DNA of 63,985 nt, filler included, from Collodictyon triciliatum (lineage: Eukaryota), in the NCBI GenBank assembly GCA_043381765.1. It is 6 parts of 6 records of this genome, joined end to end, with 100 filler letters (N's around TTAATTAATTAA, not from the genome) between each part and the next. Parts side by side here need not be neighbours in the genome. Positions count along the whole stretch, not along the records: positions 27,950 to 42,332 come from JBHJMP010000785.1; positions 42,433 to 62,246 come from JBHJMP010000786.1; 4 more parts are not named here. One strand, 5' to 3'. The notes below the pieces were generated by a model that saw only the letters and a program-made list of their open reading frames with translations, ran no database searches and was not told the DNA's origin. A program made the position numbers and the translations under genes. Shown here piece after piece: positions 32,571 to 48,135 of the stretch; the first letter of the stretch is position 1; every line of letters starts with the position of its first letter.

Positions 32571-35463
32571 GGAATTCTATTTGCCAGAGTGCCTCTTTTC
32601 TCTAGCTTTTCCTTCTTGATTTCTCTTTGCTTCAAACAAACAAACAAAAAGAAAAAAAAAAAGGGTATTCGTCTTTTCTTGTCTCTCTTTCATGGGTTTT
32701 GTTTCAGGCACGCTAAGGAGATGACCTGTCACAGCATAAAGAGCCTCGGTCGAGAAGAGGTGCGGCCAGTCAGCCGATTGGGTGATCGTTTTTGCGTCAC
32801 AATGATCGGATGGACTTGTCTTGCTGGCTCTTATGCCCAGGCTGTTTCACATTCCATTGAAATGCGTTTATCCTTCTGTGCAGATCAGGGCCACGTAAGC
32901 AAAGCTGTTTTGTTTCGGGCGGAGATACAGACCACGGATTCATAGAAAATGTACAGAATTGGGCTGCTATCGAGACTTGAATGACGCTATATGTTCCGTG
33001 ACGTAGTTGATTGGCGTCATCTTATCGTAGGCTGGTGACGTCATGTTCCATTTTTGGACGAATCGAGAATGAGGGCGAGTATGGCACAGAAGATATAACT
33101 TTTATTGTTTTTTTTTATATCTCCACTTCGTATATGTCCAATTTTTTTTTTCAGTTATGAATGTGAAGCGCATATTCAATGGCGACCTTTTATTTGGCAA
33201 CCTCAAAGATAGATTGGAATATATGAAGCACATCTTGTGGTGTCTTCCATGGATGCTTATTGGCTGAGACCTGCACGAATAGAAGATTTAATTATTGTTT
33301 TTTTTTTTGGCAGTTTTGCTCGAGGGAATGATGGTTTCGGTTGACTTAATAGCTTTCTCTACAAAAAAGGCTGCATACTAACGGAAGAGTGGGATTTTTT
33401 CAGACCTTAGAGCCGAAGCAACGGGACTGATCGTAGTAGTTGTAGACGATGGAGGATTCTGATGCCTGATTTTGAGGGTTGGACGGTAGTGATGGATTGG
33501 CGGCTTCGGATGAAATAATCAGTTTGTGAAGTGGATAATCAACGCGCACAAGGACGTGTCCATTTCTAAGAACACGAGAAACCAAAGAAAAAAGAATCAA
33601 AGAAAAGGAATTTTTTAACGTGGGAACACTTCATTCTGATGTTTAATCCATAATTACTTTTATTTCATCAGAAACGTCGTACTTTTTAGATTCAAACGGA
33701 TTGAAAATGTATGGATTATTACGCTTTCATTCGTGTGCAAGGACAAAAGTCCCCTCTTCCGTCACCAATGTAAATAACAGATGCATCTTCAGGATGGTTG
33801 GGGACAATATGTGTTTGAAAAATTGAGCCTATCATTTGTTAAATTTTATTTCAGAGGCAATCAGCGTTATCAAAACGCCATGAATTATACATGGATGATT
33901 TACTGCACGTAATTTTGCTTTACCAGCTTCATTGAATCAAGAGTACACCATATGAAGGTTCTTTTAAAAAATAACCTTTGCACATATTCGCTGGACAAAG
34001 AGGACATCCATGTTGCTCGCGTTCAAAGTCGTGGTATGGTTTTATGTGCAGTCGCCTCGTAGTTTGCCATAAACCAAATTATTGTTATTTTTTTTTTTTT
34101 TAGCATTCAGATAATTTAGAAAAAAAATTAATTTAAAAGAATGATTTAAATATCATAAAATACCCATTCTCGTCAAAATATCCTGGATTAGTGAGAATCT
34201 CTTTGAAATAATGGTCGCATTTATTCGCCTGAATAAAGAATAAAGTCATGAGTCAAATCGCGTCACGAACAGATAGAACATAAAACATAATAATTATTTT
34301 TCAGAAAGAAGAGAGACCTTTAGAATGGTCTCGATAAAAACTTGATTTGCATCTGAAAGTATGTATAGAACAGCACCATTGCGGTGGCAAAGCTCTAAGG
34401 CCTCTCTCATGCTTTGGTCCTGATGTACAAATAGGCAGTCAATTTGATTATTTTGGTTTCCACACTAAAGAAGGAACGCACCAGGGATGTAATCTTGATT
34501 AGAATGATTGAAAAAGGTGGATAAAACATGCCAATTGAATGAGCGAAAGGACTTGGCAGAGCTTCTCCTTCGTATGTCCTTCTTCGTACAGTTTTTCCAT
34601 GCACGTATCCTAACAAACGAACAATATACACAAATAGAGTCATTATTAGGGTTTTCTTTCGCGTCTGTTTTGCTTTTTGTCAACTACCGTGCCTTAAAAT
34701 GGGCTTGGATTGAGACGCATACCATTAAGCGAGTCCACTGGATTTTCTTCACATTTTCTTTAAGGAATTGGGTCACTTGCGCGGACGAGTTTTCCACAAC
34801 GAAAGGATCGCTGTTCACTTCAATTAAAGAGCTACGCGCAAAAGAAAAAGGCTTACATAATTTATTCATTGACACAGACAAAACTGTACATTATTTTCAG
34901 CACGAGAAGTTTACTTGTCAAAGTCGAAGACGACCACGTAGTTTGTAAGTGCCATGAACGCAGAAGCAAGCAGCACAATGAACTTATCGAAAAGGCGCCT
35001 TGGAACTTGCCCAAGCTGTTTGAAATGAAATCAACACCAGAAAAAATACAGAAATCTATCCCTATTTTGGGAATAGATTAAGCTGGATTGCAGCAATGCG
35101 CATCAAATGAATCCGGATTTCACTGCCTCGATAATCTCGTTTTCAAGACCTCGGGTATTGATTTCTGATCATCAAAAAAGAAATAAAATTGGCAAATAAA
35201 CAAAGAATCGGCAACAAATCAAATGGTGAGCCATCGGCCTTCAAACAAGCGATCGGGTCGAACTGCTGAGAAGAGAACAAACTGAAAAAAACCTTTAGCC
35301 TGGCTCGATTGCTCGTGTGCAACGAAACATATTGCACCTTTCTGTCTGAAAGATCGTTCTGACCGCGTTTTTTTTTGAATCTTGAGTTTATCAAGAAAGC
35401 CGCAACTACAACAACAACAACAACTAAAAAAGAAAAAAAACAAGCCAGTTTAGCACAGACAGC

Positions 35464-36626
35464 ATGCTCGTCAAAGTCAAGGTATAACACACGCCCCTTC
35501 ATCTCGATTGTTATTTTACTTATTTAGATAGATAGAAACAGAAAAAAAAATAGAAAAAACGGTTCGAAAGCAAAGAGACCTATGTATCAATGACCATTTC
35601 TCTTTGGCCTCGAAACCATTCAACAAAAAGCACTTTATGTTACAATGTAAACTTTACTAACGTTGGCATTAATGCACGTCCCTTAATTATCACGCGCCTA
35701 TCTGGATGTAGACAATTACTGGAAAAGAAGTACGTTGTCAAATTCAAGACTACTTTGTTCTACATTATTTTTGTGCAGAAGACTTCTTTAATATGTTCCA
35801 AACCTTTCATTTTTCTTTTTTAAAAAAGACTACGAAATTACGTGGTTCACAAAACCTCAAATAATCAACATAAATATACCCTAGGTCGAGATCGACGTGG
35901 AGCCGACAGACAAAGTACAAACATACCTGTGCAACTATTACCTATTCTATTTTTGTTTAGAAGAGCATGAAATATACTCATCATACCAGATGAATGACGA
36001 GTCTGAAGCGAAAAGTATCTTCAAGAGTGTAGTAATATTAATGCATGTAGATTGAACGAGTTAAAGAGAGAGTCGAAGAGAAGGAAGGCATCCCACCACC
36101 GCAACAAAGGCATGTATTTATAGCCTGCAAACTGGTATCGGACCAATGCCACCAAACGATCAAATCAGAAATCTCATTCATATCTTTCATTTAATAAACC
36201 CTTCTTTTCGATAAGTTCCTGAGTAGTTTGCTAATCTATTTTTTTTCTTTTCGTGTCCGTTCTAATATCTGCGCTGGGTTCGTCATGGAGACAGGCTGAT
36301 TTTTGGCGGTCGTGCTCTGTAAGTTCCTTGCCATCCATGAATGTATCAAAACCTTGTATTATAAACCTTTTCAATGAGTTGCGATTCTATATCCACTTTG
36401 TTTTACCTGCCAACATTTTCTCTAATTTGACCATTTTCCAAAAATATCGCAGGTCGGATGAAAAGACAGTGAAGGAATGCAACATCGAAGGCAACCAGAA
36501 CACACACTCTTCAGCCATTACGAAAGAATATCTTCGTCCGCAAACCATGTCATGTTAAATTAAATATCTTATTCTGCAGGTGGCTCTGTGATCCATCTCG
36601 TCCTTGCTCTGCGTGGGGGATATTAG
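35464..36626 (+). CDS. NEDD8: NEDD8/RUB1 ubiquitin-like protein (7 exons)
   Basis: Exons 35464-35481, 35712-35729, 35885-35914, 36051-36109, 36295-36318, 36453-36490 and 36580-36626 give [77 protein letters not shown]. Ala72 (LALRGG) distinguishes NEDD8 from ubiquitin. Confidence 0.95.
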
Positions 36627-37179
36627 GTTCATCACACACCCACATCCACCAGCCTCCACCCACTAACCACAATCACAAGTCCATCACCATTTTTTTCTTT
36701 TCCTGCCTTTCGCGTCGCAATAAACCGAAAGATTCAGAAAGCTCCAACCTACTCCCTTCTCTACCGACTACCAGCTGTCCAATATATCCAGATTAGGGAG
36801 ATGCAACTGAATCAGGCAAACACTTTGTCACCCAAGATCAAAAGCCAGAATCAGCCAAAGCGCATTGTGTCTGTGCGATCCAGTAAAAAAAAGAAGAAAA
36901 AAAGAAAGAAAAGTACTTGATCACGTGAAAAGTTTCATGACATAGAAACAAGCAAAAAGGATACACTACACAAGAGAAACCTCCCACACACAGCAATATT
37001 TTTTTCCAATAATTATCATTTCATTCTCTTGCAGTTATTTCCCCTTCTTTCCTCTTCTCTTCATTCTGTTTGCCTTTGCTTTATCCACGCCCGCCTTCGC
37101 CTTCACATTCCCCGCCGCCAACTAATCCAACGCCCATACATAAAGCAAACACCGCGCAGTTGCTCAGAGTGCGCCTTGA

Positions 37180-41005
<3,826 letters not shown>

Positions 41006-42332
41006 TTTTATCAGGTTCTGAAAAGAAAAAAAGCATGGAAGGAGAAGGGAGAGCTTTCCATTTGGAAACGCATATTGATACCCTTTTTCTTCCCTTTTGT
41101 TTGTGAATGTATATTGTTGCATAACAGCCTGGTGCTTGTATCAGTTTTGGTTTGCTATCGGTTGGTACGCCTCATTATTCTTCGGATATATGGGTTTGCC
41201 ATGGTATTGGTTTCAGAGATGTTGAGAAAACAATCAGTGGGTTGAATATTCAGCAGTAGCAGTGTTTTGGGGGTGACACACAAGGAGATAAACGGACTGG
41301 CTCGGCAGATTTTCTCTGTATCTTTATTTTTTCTGAGTAGAGTCCAATTCCTTTTTCTTTTTTTTTTTTTTTTTTTTTTTTCTTATTCCCTTTTTTTTTT
41401 TTTTTTTTTTTTTTCCCTTCCTTTTTTTTTCCATTGTTTTTTTNNNNNNNNNNNNNNNNNNNNNNNNNNNNNNNNNNNNNNNNNNAACGAGATATGCAAA
41501 CTTTCCCCTTGTGTGTTTGGTTCTATTTTTTTTTTTTTTTTTTTTTTTTTCAGTCTGTCATCATCACCATCGTTATTGTCATCTCCATTTCACCCGCGCA
41601 TGTTTTTGCAAGGTCTTTGTGACGGTGGAATTATAAATGAATTCGTATGCCTTATCATTACATCTATTTAAAAAAAAATGGGTTTCTACATCAACAACTT
41701 TCTGTTGAGTTCACCACACTTAAGTTTATGTGTGACAACTCTACCTTTTTAAACCTGGTAGCAAAATGAACATGTGAAATGTAATGGATCCACAAAATAA
41801 AGCCTGGTTGTAAATCTTTCCTACGAACATTACTTACAGACTAAAGTTATTGCCCAAGCAGATAATATATATTAGGGAATTAATGTATTGCCAATTCGTA
41901 TATGAAAGAAATATTTTTGGGTTATTTACTGATAATTGAAAATACGAACATAAATCCCACATATGGTATTGTTATTTCGATTTCGCCAAAACAAAACACT
42001 TTTCTCGTCTTCTCCACTTTTCCTTCAAACAGCATTCTTGCGAGTTATTCACACAGATCACCCGGCGAAGAGACTCAATCAGTTTATTCTGCGCGTTTGG
42101 ATAATTACTTTTCGTCCCAGGGAAATCGCGCAGCCGCCTCGGCGTTTCACATCCCGCTCTGCACGTCTGGGTCGGGGTTTCTTTTTCTTCTTTCTTCCTT
42201 GTTGCTCTTTCTATGGGCATTTAATCCAAAAACATGAGAATATAAAAAGAGAGAATAAAAAAGAGAGAATAAAAAAGAGAGAATAAAAAAGAGAGAATAA
42301 AAAAAGAGAGAAAAAAAAAAAGAGAGAGAGAA

Positions 42333-42432
42333 NNNNNNNNNNNNNNNNNNNNNNNNNNNNNNNNNNNNNNNNNNNNTTAATTAATTAANNNNNNNNNNNN
42401 NNNNNNNNNNNNNNNNNNNNNNNNNNNNNNNN
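42333..42432. other. Artificial scaffold linker (cuts off the left end of the viral element)
   Basis: N-TTAATTAATTAA-N. Confidence 0.97.
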
Positions 42433-43124
42433 ACATCAGGTATATAAAATTCTTCTTCTTGTGTAATAGGATTAATTGTCAACGGATTGATATTAATTCC
42501 ATATTTCATATCAACATCTTCATTATCATCATATTGTTGTTGCATAGCATTTACTTCATCTTCAGTCAATCTTGAAAATCGTGGGTCTCTTTGCGGTCCT
42601 AGGGCATTTTGAATTTGAATATCTCCAGTTGTAATTTGTGCTTGATTAGCTACACCCGGTTGTCTTTGCAGTCCTTGCAATTCACCTTGTACAGCTGCTA
42701 GTCTTTGGTTTGTTGTTTCCAATGCACCAGTCATCGCATTTTTTATTTGTGCAGCTGATGGCCCACTTGAAGCTGCAGCAGCAGGTTGAGCAGCTGGCTG
42801 TGGTATATTTCTTATTGCAGTAGATACAGCATCCAATTTAGTATTTGTAGGTTCTAATGCCTCCCTAAATGCACCCTTCATTGCCTCCGTAAATTGTGAT
42901 AGTCCCATTTCTACACCCACACGCGGGTCAGCCTGACCTGTTGGTGGTGTTGTTTGCGACCTTGGAGGTCCACTAGACGATGAAGCAAGTTGTGATGAAC
43001 TACCTGCGCCTCCAGTTGAACTAGAACCGGATAATGTACCGGCTCCTGCTCTTGGTGCTAAAGATGATGATGGTCCGCCTGTAATTGCTGGTTGTTTTCC
43101 TTTACCTCCGGGTGGTGTGCTCAT
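42433..43124 (-). CDS. Viral hypothetical protein, Gly/Ser/Ala/Gln-rich with short coiled coils (3' end missing)
   Basis: ATG at 43124 and open to the scaffold end. Internal repeat AMKGAFREALEPTNTKL / AMTGALETTNQRL. Confidence 0.75.
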
Positions 43125-43143
43125 ATATTATTAAATAAAAAAA

Positions 43144-46100
43144 TTATAAATTAAGTCGAATATCTAAAAAAAATTTGTCTGGTACAACCCAAATCCTCAG
43201 AGTATTGTCCGGGATTTTCTTTGTGTACTTTTTTGTTTTCCACTGAAAGCTTTCCTCCTCTGTAAATGTTGGACCCCTACGCTGTTCTTGTTGCGTTTCA
43301 TCTACATATTCATATTGATACTCCGGTTCATCTAAATCTTGTGGGTCTGCACGTATTATTTGCAGACCTTGAATATCAGGGTCATATTCATCTTCTTTTT
43401 CATAATCCATTGCTATTAAAGATTTTTCATATTCATTTTCAATCATCGGCTCATATTCTAATAATAGTGGTGCTTGAGCTTCTTGTGTAGCCTGGGAGCT
43501 TACTGGGGATTCTGGTAATAATCGTAATTCTAATGGAACCATTTGATTAAATATTCTAAGACCATCAAATGTAATTCCTTGTTTTTGAAAAATATCTAAA
43601 ATATCTTGTCTTGGTTCTAATACATTAAATGAATATTTATATTTAGTCATTACCCCTTTTGAATTTTCCTTTTTGTCTTCTATAATTTCAATAAAGCGGT
43701 TTCGCATCGGCGCAGGTAATTGTTTTTCTATTATAAACTCATATTGAAAATCTGGAAAACCTTCAACCGGTGTTTTATATGTTGTCAAATCTTGTTTTTT
43801 TTCTATGAATTCAAAGTTGGACCAACGAACTAACTGCTGTTCATCAGTGTTTAAATATTGTTCTTTAATTTTTAACTTTCTTATAGCTGCAATAGAATTT
43901 GAACATAAATCATAAAAATCAGTTGGTACTCCAAATTTAGGTTCTATTAATTCTGTTATAAATGTTGAGCGCCTTTGATTTTCTGGTTTGCGTAGCACCG
44001 TATCCATTAAAACTAAAAATTGTGCAAGTGTACCATATTTTACTTCTTTATAAGCAGAAGGAATAAGAGCAAGTTCTGATATGGCTCTTTGGTCTTTTTC
44101 TGAAGTTGTATTCCAGACAATCTGAAGAAATTTATCCCAAAGTTGATCCACCCCATTGGCTAACATAACTTGAGAATAATTTCCTGATTTCTCTGTTTTT
44201 TTTAGAATTTTATCTTGAAATGTTCTAAAATCATCTCGAAACATAGGTCTCAAATATTTATTATAAAACTGTTCCATAGTTAATTTTTCAGTGGGAAACA
44301 AATTTCGAGCTAGACTTGTTTGCGGTGAGGGTCCAGGTGTTAGAACTGTATCTGGTCGTGACGGAGAAATAGAAATAGGAGTTTTTGCTGGCGTCCGTAG
44401 TTTTGAAACAGGTGTTTTCGGAATATCCCATTTATCAACATTTGAACTAGTCTCCACAAATAAATTTTGTATGTCTAAGTTTACAAATTTTTCGTCTGGT
44501 TGCTTTTCTTCTCTAGCTCTTTTTTCAATAACTCCTATTTTAGCTGATAAACTAGCATATTTATCTAATAATAATAATCTTTCACGTGAATCAGGTAACT
44601 GTCCTTTAATATTTTCAACATTACCACGTAATGCTGCTTTAAATTGTCTAATCTCATATAATAAATCACCAGGTACTGCTTTCTTTTTTACCACATTTTC
44701 CCCCAGTTGAATTATTTTTTTTAGTTCTTTGTATAAATTTGCTATATCATGTTGTTCGTCATTTATAATTGCGTCTCGTTCACTTATTGGTGTAATTTCA
44801 CCTGGCAGTCTTTTAGGAGTTACTGGCTTTTGAGGCAACGCTGGATTTGTTGGATTTACCCGAGTTTCGGCTTCAATTCGAGCCATCAATGTATCATTTA
44901 ATTTAAAAAGCAACTCTTCAAAATATTTTTGTTTAGACTCATTTTCTTCTTTTTCAGCGTCTTCTATCTTTTTTTCCAAAAAGTCCTGTAATTTTTTTAA
45001 TTGATTTATATCAGTTATATTTCCAGCTTTTAATTCTTCATCTATTTTTTTTTCTCCAGCACTAGGCACATATACAGCTGGCTGTTTTTTTGGTGGTTCT
45101 GGTTTAGGTAGTTCTACGGGTTGCGGTGGTGGTATATATTCACGACCAGCATCATAAATAAAAGTATTATAAAAATGTTCTTTATGTCTACCAGTAAATG
45201 AGGCATCACTCATAGTAGCTTTTAAATTTGCATTTTTTTCCGATAGTCCTTTAGCTGTCAAATAATTTAATTCTCTCCTTAAATACACACCATCGGGACT
45301 TATTGAGTTTATTAGATACAGTTTATTTGCTTTATCCCATACAAAACCATAATTAACAATTGGCAGAGCTATTGGATCTCTTCTTCTTACATAAGCATTA
45401 TAAACAAATAACAAAGCATACATTAAATGAATATATGGTTCCTCTGGTTCATATTTACCCATACTAAAAAATAGCCTTGTTGCTACCACTTGACTCCACA
45501 ATATTTTTATACATTCTTCTTTTGAACCTGTAGTTATTTTGTCTAAAAAATCAGATTTTGGAGTGTAAACATAATTTAATATATTTTTACCTTCTCGTGG
45601 TGTATCTTTGCGTGGCGTTTCAGGGCCAACAGATATTCGTCGTTTTGCAATTTCACTTGTTATTTTATCCAACTCTTCTTTTTTAGCTTCTGACAAACCA
45701 GAAGACGGTTGAAGTCTATTTCTTTTAAAAGTTTCTTTTTCTTTTCGTAGATTTTTGTAATCCTCCACATTCTCAAGGTCTGTTTTGCCTTGCATTACAC
45801 CTTCATAGTATGAAATGAATGTATTTTTTGCTTGTATAAATTTACTAAGTCCTAAAAATGACTGTGCTCTTTGAAACAGTGATAGCATTGTGTCAGTATC
45901 AAATTTAAAATTAAAATATTTTCTAGCATCTTTTTTCATTTCATTATACACCTGGTCGTCTGTTAGTGTTCCGTATTTATTCGTGGTCTCTGTGCGCCAT
46001 ACATTAAAAATAACATCCAGATAGAAATTCTTGCTTAGTTTTCTAAATGTTTCTTCGTCTAGTTTTCGAGTTTTAACAGCTTTGATTAATTCAATTCCGT

Positions 46101-46194
46101 TTCCCGTCCCAGCTGTAAATGCCAGGTCGGTATAGTATGTTTCCACATAGTTGTTCAAGTAAATTTGTTTTACTTTTCTCAATCCAACTGACAT
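43144..46194 (-). CDS. Viral orphan protein (1016 aa)
   Basis: Intronless 3-kb ORF with a coiled-coil-like middle, TP/SP-rich patches and an acidic C-terminus. Confidence 0.85.
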   Translation of the reverse strand: MSVGLRKVKQIYLNNYVETYYTDLAFTAGTGNGIELIKAVKTRKLDEETFRKLSKNFYLDVIFNVWRTETTNKYGTLTDDQVYNEMKKDARKYFNFKFDTDTMLSLFQRAQSFLGLSKFIQAKNTFISYYEGVMQGKTDLENVEDYKNLRKEKETFKRNRLQPSSGLSEAKKEELDKITSEIAKRRISVGPETPRKDTPREGKNILNYVYTPKSDFLDKITTGSKEECIKILWSQVVATRLFFSMGKYEPEEPYIHLMYALLFVYNAYVRRRDPIALPIVNYGFVWDKANKLYLINSISPDGVYLRRELNYLTAKGLSEKNANLKATMSDASFTGRHKEHFYNTFIYDAGREYIPPPQPVELPKPEPPKKQPAVYVPSAGEKKIDEELKAGNITDINQLKKLQDFLEKKIEDAEKEENESKQKYFEELLFKLNDTLMARIEAETRVNPTNPALPQKPVTPKRLPGEITPISERDAIINDEQHDIANLYKELKKIIQLGENVVKKKAVPGDLLYEIRQFKAALRGNVENIKGQLPDSRERLLLLDKYASLSAKIGVIEKRAREEKQPDEKFVNLDIQNLFVETSSNVDKWDIPKTPVSKLRTPAKTPISISPSRPDTVLTPGPSPQTSLARNLFPTEKLTMEQFYNKYLRPMFRDDFRTFQDKILKKTEKSGNYSQVMLANGVDQLWDKFLQIVWNTTSEKDQRAISELALIPSAYKEVKYGTLAQFLVLMDTVLRKPENQRRSTFITELIEPKFGVPTDFYDLCSNSIAAIRKLKIKEQYLNTDEQQLVRWSNFEFIEKKQDLTTYKTPVEGFPDFQYEFIIEKQLPAPMRNRFIEIIEDKKENSKGVMTKYKYSFNVLEPRQDILDIFQKQGITFDGLRIFNQMVPLELRLLPESPVSSQATQEAQAPLLLEYEPMIENEYEKSLIAMDYEKEDEYDPDIQGLQIIRADPQDLDEPEYQYEYVDETQQEQRRGPTFTEEESFQWKTKKYTKKIPDNTLRIWVVPDKFFLDIRLNL

Positions 46195-46223
46195 AATTAT
46201 ATAAATATTTTATTGTGTATTGT

Positions 46224-46415
46224 ATGAAAACAAAACAGTACAAGAAGGCCAAAGTTGAAAAGAAAAAAAAAGTCAGAAAACTGGATTATTCCAAGGAAGT
46301 CGAGCCTTTTGCCAGCACCGTCCACCACTTTATCGAACGCAGAATAAAATCTCAGGAAAAAGTAAGCAATGGAAAAGAAAATCCTGCCGAGAGACGAATG
46401 GCAAGCAAAGATTAA
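46224..46415 (+). CDS. Small basic viral ORF overlapping the integrase start
   Basis: MKTKQYKKAKVEKKKKVRKLDY... is Lys-rich and NLS-like. It is divergent from the 1016-aa ORF. Confidence 0.45.
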   Translation: MKTKQYKKAKVEKKKKVRKLDYSKEVEPFASTVHHFIERRIKSQEKVSNGKENPAERRMASKD

Positions 46416-47574
46416 CGAGGTCTTTTATGAGTCACCCAAACACACCAATTCACGAGACAGTCTATTCAGAGCAGTGCGTGAATTTGGCATAACCCGCTCG
46501 TACGTCGATAAATTTATCAGAAGTCAACCAGACTGGCAGATTTTACAGAGACCGGTCAAACCAAAAAACACAAATACAATTATGCGGTTCGAGCCTGGCT
46601 ATGTACAAATCGACACCATCGACATAAGAAATTTAGACAGTGAGGACGCTAATTATCTTTTGACTTGTACAGACATATACACACGCAAATTATGGGCGTA
46701 TCCACTCGAGTCATTGAAAGCCAGTGATGTCGCTGAGCAACTGCAAAAATTCTTAAATTCTTATAAATTAACAAAAACAATACAGTCAGACAACGGAAAT
46801 GAATTCAAAGACCAAGTGGCTGATATACTGGAGAAACAAAATATAACTCACGTAAAAAGCAAGTCTGCGACACCGACAAGTCAGTCCCATATCGAACGCA
46901 AAAATGGCACCCTCAAACGCGCGCTTTACGGATACAAGCAAAAAACAGGAAACGACCCCATACCAGAACTGCAGAGTTTTCTGGACAGTCTAAATCTACA
47001 GCCCAACAAAAACACCAAAGTCGCCCCGGCTGTGGCGCTGCTGCCCGAGTACAAGGAAGAAATTATTAAAAATATGGAAAATTACAACTCGAAAAAAAGA
47101 GAGCAGGGCTCAATGAAAGACCTGGAGCCTGGTCAAAAAGTCAGAGTACTCTTAGAAAAAACCGATATTCCGGCAAATATGAAAAACAAAATTAAACAAC
47201 AGAAGGGATATCTACCCAAGTGGTCTTTAGAGGTTTATAAAATTAAGAAAAAAAGTACACCGAGCTCGCAGTGGGAACTCCCGTATTATACACTCGACAC
47301 AACAGACAATTTAGAAAATAAAAAGTTTAATCGCGCTGACTTGCTGCTGGTGTCAGATGACACAAAGATTGAAAAATTTAAACCAAAATCGCAACTAATC
47401 AGTGAGTTTGCTGAACAGGACGACTTGGATGAATTTTTAAAAAATAATAAGGGTAGGAAAATGAAAGGCGCTAGTGGTCTCGAAGAATCAGATATATTTA
47501 GATTCAACAAAGAAACACGAGAAATACAAAAAAATAGTCGGGCTGAACGGGCTGCGAGAAGAAATAAATTGTAA
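46369..47574 (+). CDS. rve (retroviral-like DDE) integrase, Polinton/Maverick type
   Basis: Catalytic triad YVQID / IQSDNGNEF / QSHIERKNGTLK. Polinton-type N-terminus (FYESP..ITRSYVDKFIRSQ) and C-terminus (PGQKVRV..KGYLPKWSLEVYKI..YYTL..FNRADLLLV). Confidence 0.93.
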   Translation: MEKKILPRDEWQAKINEVFYESPKHTNSRDSLFRAVREFGITRSYVDKFIRSQPDWQILQRPVKPKNTNTIMRFEPGYVQIDTIDIRNLDSEDANYLLTCTDIYTRKLWAYPLESLKASDVAEQLQKFLNSYKLTKTIQSDNGNEFKDQVADILEKQNITHVKSKSATPTSQSHIERKNGTLKRALYGYKQKTGNDPIPELQSFLDSLNLQPNKNTKVAPAVALLPEYKEEIIKNMENYNSKKREQGSMKDLEPGQKVRVLLEKTDIPANMKNKIKQQKGYLPKWSLEVYKIKKKSTPSSQWELPYYTLDTTDNLENKKFNRADLLLVSDDTKIEKFKPKSQLISEFAEQDDLDEFLKNNKGRKMKGASGLEESDIFRFNKETREIQKNSRAERAARRNKL

Positions 47575-47581
47575 AATAATT

Positions 47582-48064
47582 TTATTTTTTGGGTGGCCGG
47601 CCTCGGCGCGCAGGCTTCTTTTCTTCCTTACTGACTTCTTCAAGTTGCTCCTCCAGTTTTTCAGTGTCATATTTTAGCCTGGTAGCTCTTGACTTTTCTC
47701 TAGCTTCCTGAGCACGTTTTTTTCCCTTTTCCATTAATTCTTCCATATTCTTTTTTGACTTAAAGAACATCACCACATTGTCCTGATTAACAGACCATTT
47801 AACAGCAAATTGTCGAAAGAAAAACACCTTATCATCGTTGGCCTTGCGTCGCATTTGCTCGTCCATGTCTGGAATAACTGTAATTATACCTCCCTTTTTC
47901 CATCCACCAGCATCCTCTTTTCCAGACATGTATTTTCTGGCCTTGGCTAGATACGCAATGTAATCGCCTACTTGAATATCTTCTGGGGCAATCGGCTCCC
48001 AATCATCGGAGCTATAATTCTCTGGGAGTTTATCCTTGATTTCTTGCGTGAGTTTTGGAGCCAT
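47582..48064 (-). CDS. Viral protein with beta-rich (SH3-like?) domain and C-terminal AT-hook
   Basis: IQVGDYIAYL..WKKGGIITV..KWSVNQDNVVMFFK, then a charged helix, ending in ARRGRPPKK (RGRP AT-hook core). Confidence 0.75.
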   Translation of the reverse strand: MAPKLTQEIKDKLPENYSSDDWEPIAPEDIQVGDYIAYLAKARKYMSGKEDAGGWKKGGIITVIPDMDEQMRRKANDDKVFFFRQFAVKWSVNQDNVVMFFKSKKNMEELMEKGKKRAQEAREKSRATRLKYDTEKLEEQLEEVSKEEKKPARRGRPPKK

Positions 48065-48086
48065 CTTAATATTATCTAGATAATTG

Positions 48087-48125
48087 TTTTTAAGTTAGTA
48101 AATGGCTTAAAAAGAAATTTGTAAG
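48087..48125. promoter_or_regulatory. Back-to-back CTTAAAAA putative promoter motifs for two divergent viral genes
   Basis: The motif starts 30 nt upstream of ATG 48064 (-) and 30 nt upstream of ATG 48136 (+). Confidence 0.55.
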
Positions 48126-48135
48126 ACTATACAAA

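Noticed and set aside
46224-46415. Programmed frameshift fusing the small basic ORF to the integrase
   Set aside because: The integrase has its own ATG right after an in-frame stop, the offset is +1, and there is no clear slippery heptamer.
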